Part shown: positions 62,210 to 64,000 of the stretch, piece after piece
Numbering within the stretch: the first letter of the stretch is position 1
Layout of the letters: every line of letters begins with the position of its first letter
Source: Stegostoma tigrinum
Lineage: Eukaryota
Assembly (NCBI RefSeq): GCF_030684315.1
Contig: NC_081404.1
Coordinates: 13,769,140 to 13,833,139 of the forward strand
Length of the DNA stretch: 64,000 nt
Reading direction: 5' to 3'
Made by a program: the position numbers and the translations under genes
Notes under the pieces: generated by a model
Database searches by the model: none
What the model was told of the DNA's origin: nothing
The model's input: only the letters and a program-made list of their open reading frames with translations

Positions 62210-64000
62210 TAATGATAACCTGCTTCAAGTTGTATTGCACGTTTGTCAGGAAGATCTGTTCTTTGGGGAGTTGTGTGGAATGTCGTTATGCCACCAGCAT
62301 CCTGAAGGCTTGGCTGAATACATAATGGACACATTCCACTGTTATAATTAGAAATATTTGCCGCGCATGACTTTGCTGGGAACAAGTTGCCTGCCGTAAC
62401 GCATGAACTGATTTATTTTGTCACCTGTTAGAAATAAAATCAATATGTTCAAAGCCAATAGCCCAGTAGGGCACAGTTTTATGCAAATTGATTGCCATTG
62501 TTAAGTAGATAGAAAATGGCAGCAGACATGAGTTTTGCTGCACTAAATCTGTCTGTGAAATAGCCAAGGCCAAGAAGACACTCAAGATGCTGCCTAATAC
62601 AGGGCTAGGCACTGTTAATTGTTTAATAATTGTGTTTATGCACTTGAAGTTGGTGGACATTTTCTGGGTATTCACATGTACTCCTGTGAATAAGACTTAA
62701 AGTGGGTGGATTAATGAGGAGTTGCGTTTTCAAACCTGCAAGTAGGAGTTTATAAAAATGTGTTAAGATTAACTCCAGTTCTACTTTTCACTACCTGGCT
62801 TAGTGGATTGGAATAAGCTCTTTGCCCGTGTGGATAGGAAGTGTAACATCCACTTTAGGACCCCTTTAGGAAATTGGGCTGCCTTAATTGGAGCTACCAG
62901 AGGTGCAGCCTAGGGAGCAGGCATTGATTAAAAAGTTGAATATAACTTGTAGGAGGATTTTAAAAAGGAGTCTGAAGGAGCAACACGATGGCCTGCATAC
63001 AGACACGACTATTAATTTCCTTGTCCATTATTTCAAAAGAGGCATTTTTCTGATGCATTCAAATAGCTAAACTCAGCCATTTAAATAGTCAATGGAAGAA
63101 TTCGATATGAATATGTTGCGTGATCATTCACCAATATTTGCATAAGACAATTCCATGGGCAAATAAGGCCTAAAGTGATTAATTAAATCTTCTTGGATCC
63201 TTGACAACATCAGTAATTTACTTTAAAAATAGGTCAAATGAAACTGTGTTGTAATTATAGGAAAGATCATAAAACTGGTTGGGTAGGATTTGAAAGGTAA
63301 TGCAAAAGTTCCATGACCCAGATGTATTTTGATTATACAATTCGTCAAACTTGTTCTGATGGAGGAATAAATTTAATTCTGAACAAAAACAACTATCTTA
63401 AGATCTATATAGAAGTAACAGGATAAGGGAAGGTAGGAGGGATCCTAAAACAAGTGTTTATACCACACATAAGCTTCCTCCTACACTCATGAACTCCTCC
63501 CATCCTGCACTTGCATCTCTATCCCTTTCTCCCACAAATTCCCTTAAATCCATCCAACTTCAGGCATGGAAGTCAGCTACCTGGTGCCTACAGCTCACTG
63601 CTTGCTCCTCCGGACCTCCATATTTTCACCACTCTGTAAAGAAATTCCTTCTAAATCCATTATCCTGTCAGCTTTTGGCTATTGAATATTTATGTGCCTT
63701 GTTCTGGATTCACTGACAACTGGGAGTTTTTCTTTTCCATATCCAACTAATATTGAGCCACACACAAACTTTAGAAACCTTGACAAGATTAGTTTTAGCC
63801 AATTCTTTGCAGTATCATGACCACGGGTCAGAACTCCAAAGTATTAGGGCCATTTTTAACTTGGAATTCCAATGTATATATTTTTTAAAAGGCTGATACA
63901 GCCAATAATGGCTACAAATGTAAATTAATCAGTTTTCTGAAGAAAGAGACACATGAATGTCACACCATATGAAGAGAATTTCAAACAACAACCCTTTAAA

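Overview
Eukaryotic, intron-containing vertebrate DNA. The repeat families (CR1 LINEs, HE1/V-SINE-like SINE, Penelope/GIY-YIG elements) point to a cartilaginous fish, which is an inference. The window is part of a type II (basic) keratin cluster. Bases 1-34979 are a head-to-tail array of nearly identical ~10.7 kb units (10727, 10719 and 10713 bp). Each unit has a compact, CpG-rich 9-exon type II keratin gene on the + strand and two CR1 fragments. The array stops abruptly 12 nt into intron 8 of the fourth copy, which then splices to a different, paralogous last exon with a K8-like tail motif. The array therefore encodes one head and rod with two alternative tails, as expected from unequal crossover between two neighbouring keratin paralogues. 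Next comes an AT-rich, repeat-laden spacer: a SINE, an RT-less Gypsy LTR element whose 5' LTR holds a nested Tx1-like LINE and a SINE, and an inverted Penelope element with a hammerhead-like motif. The window ends with a second, intact, convergently transcribed 9-exon type II keratin gene on the - strand (49458-62107). There are no prokaryotic features and no CRISPR array.
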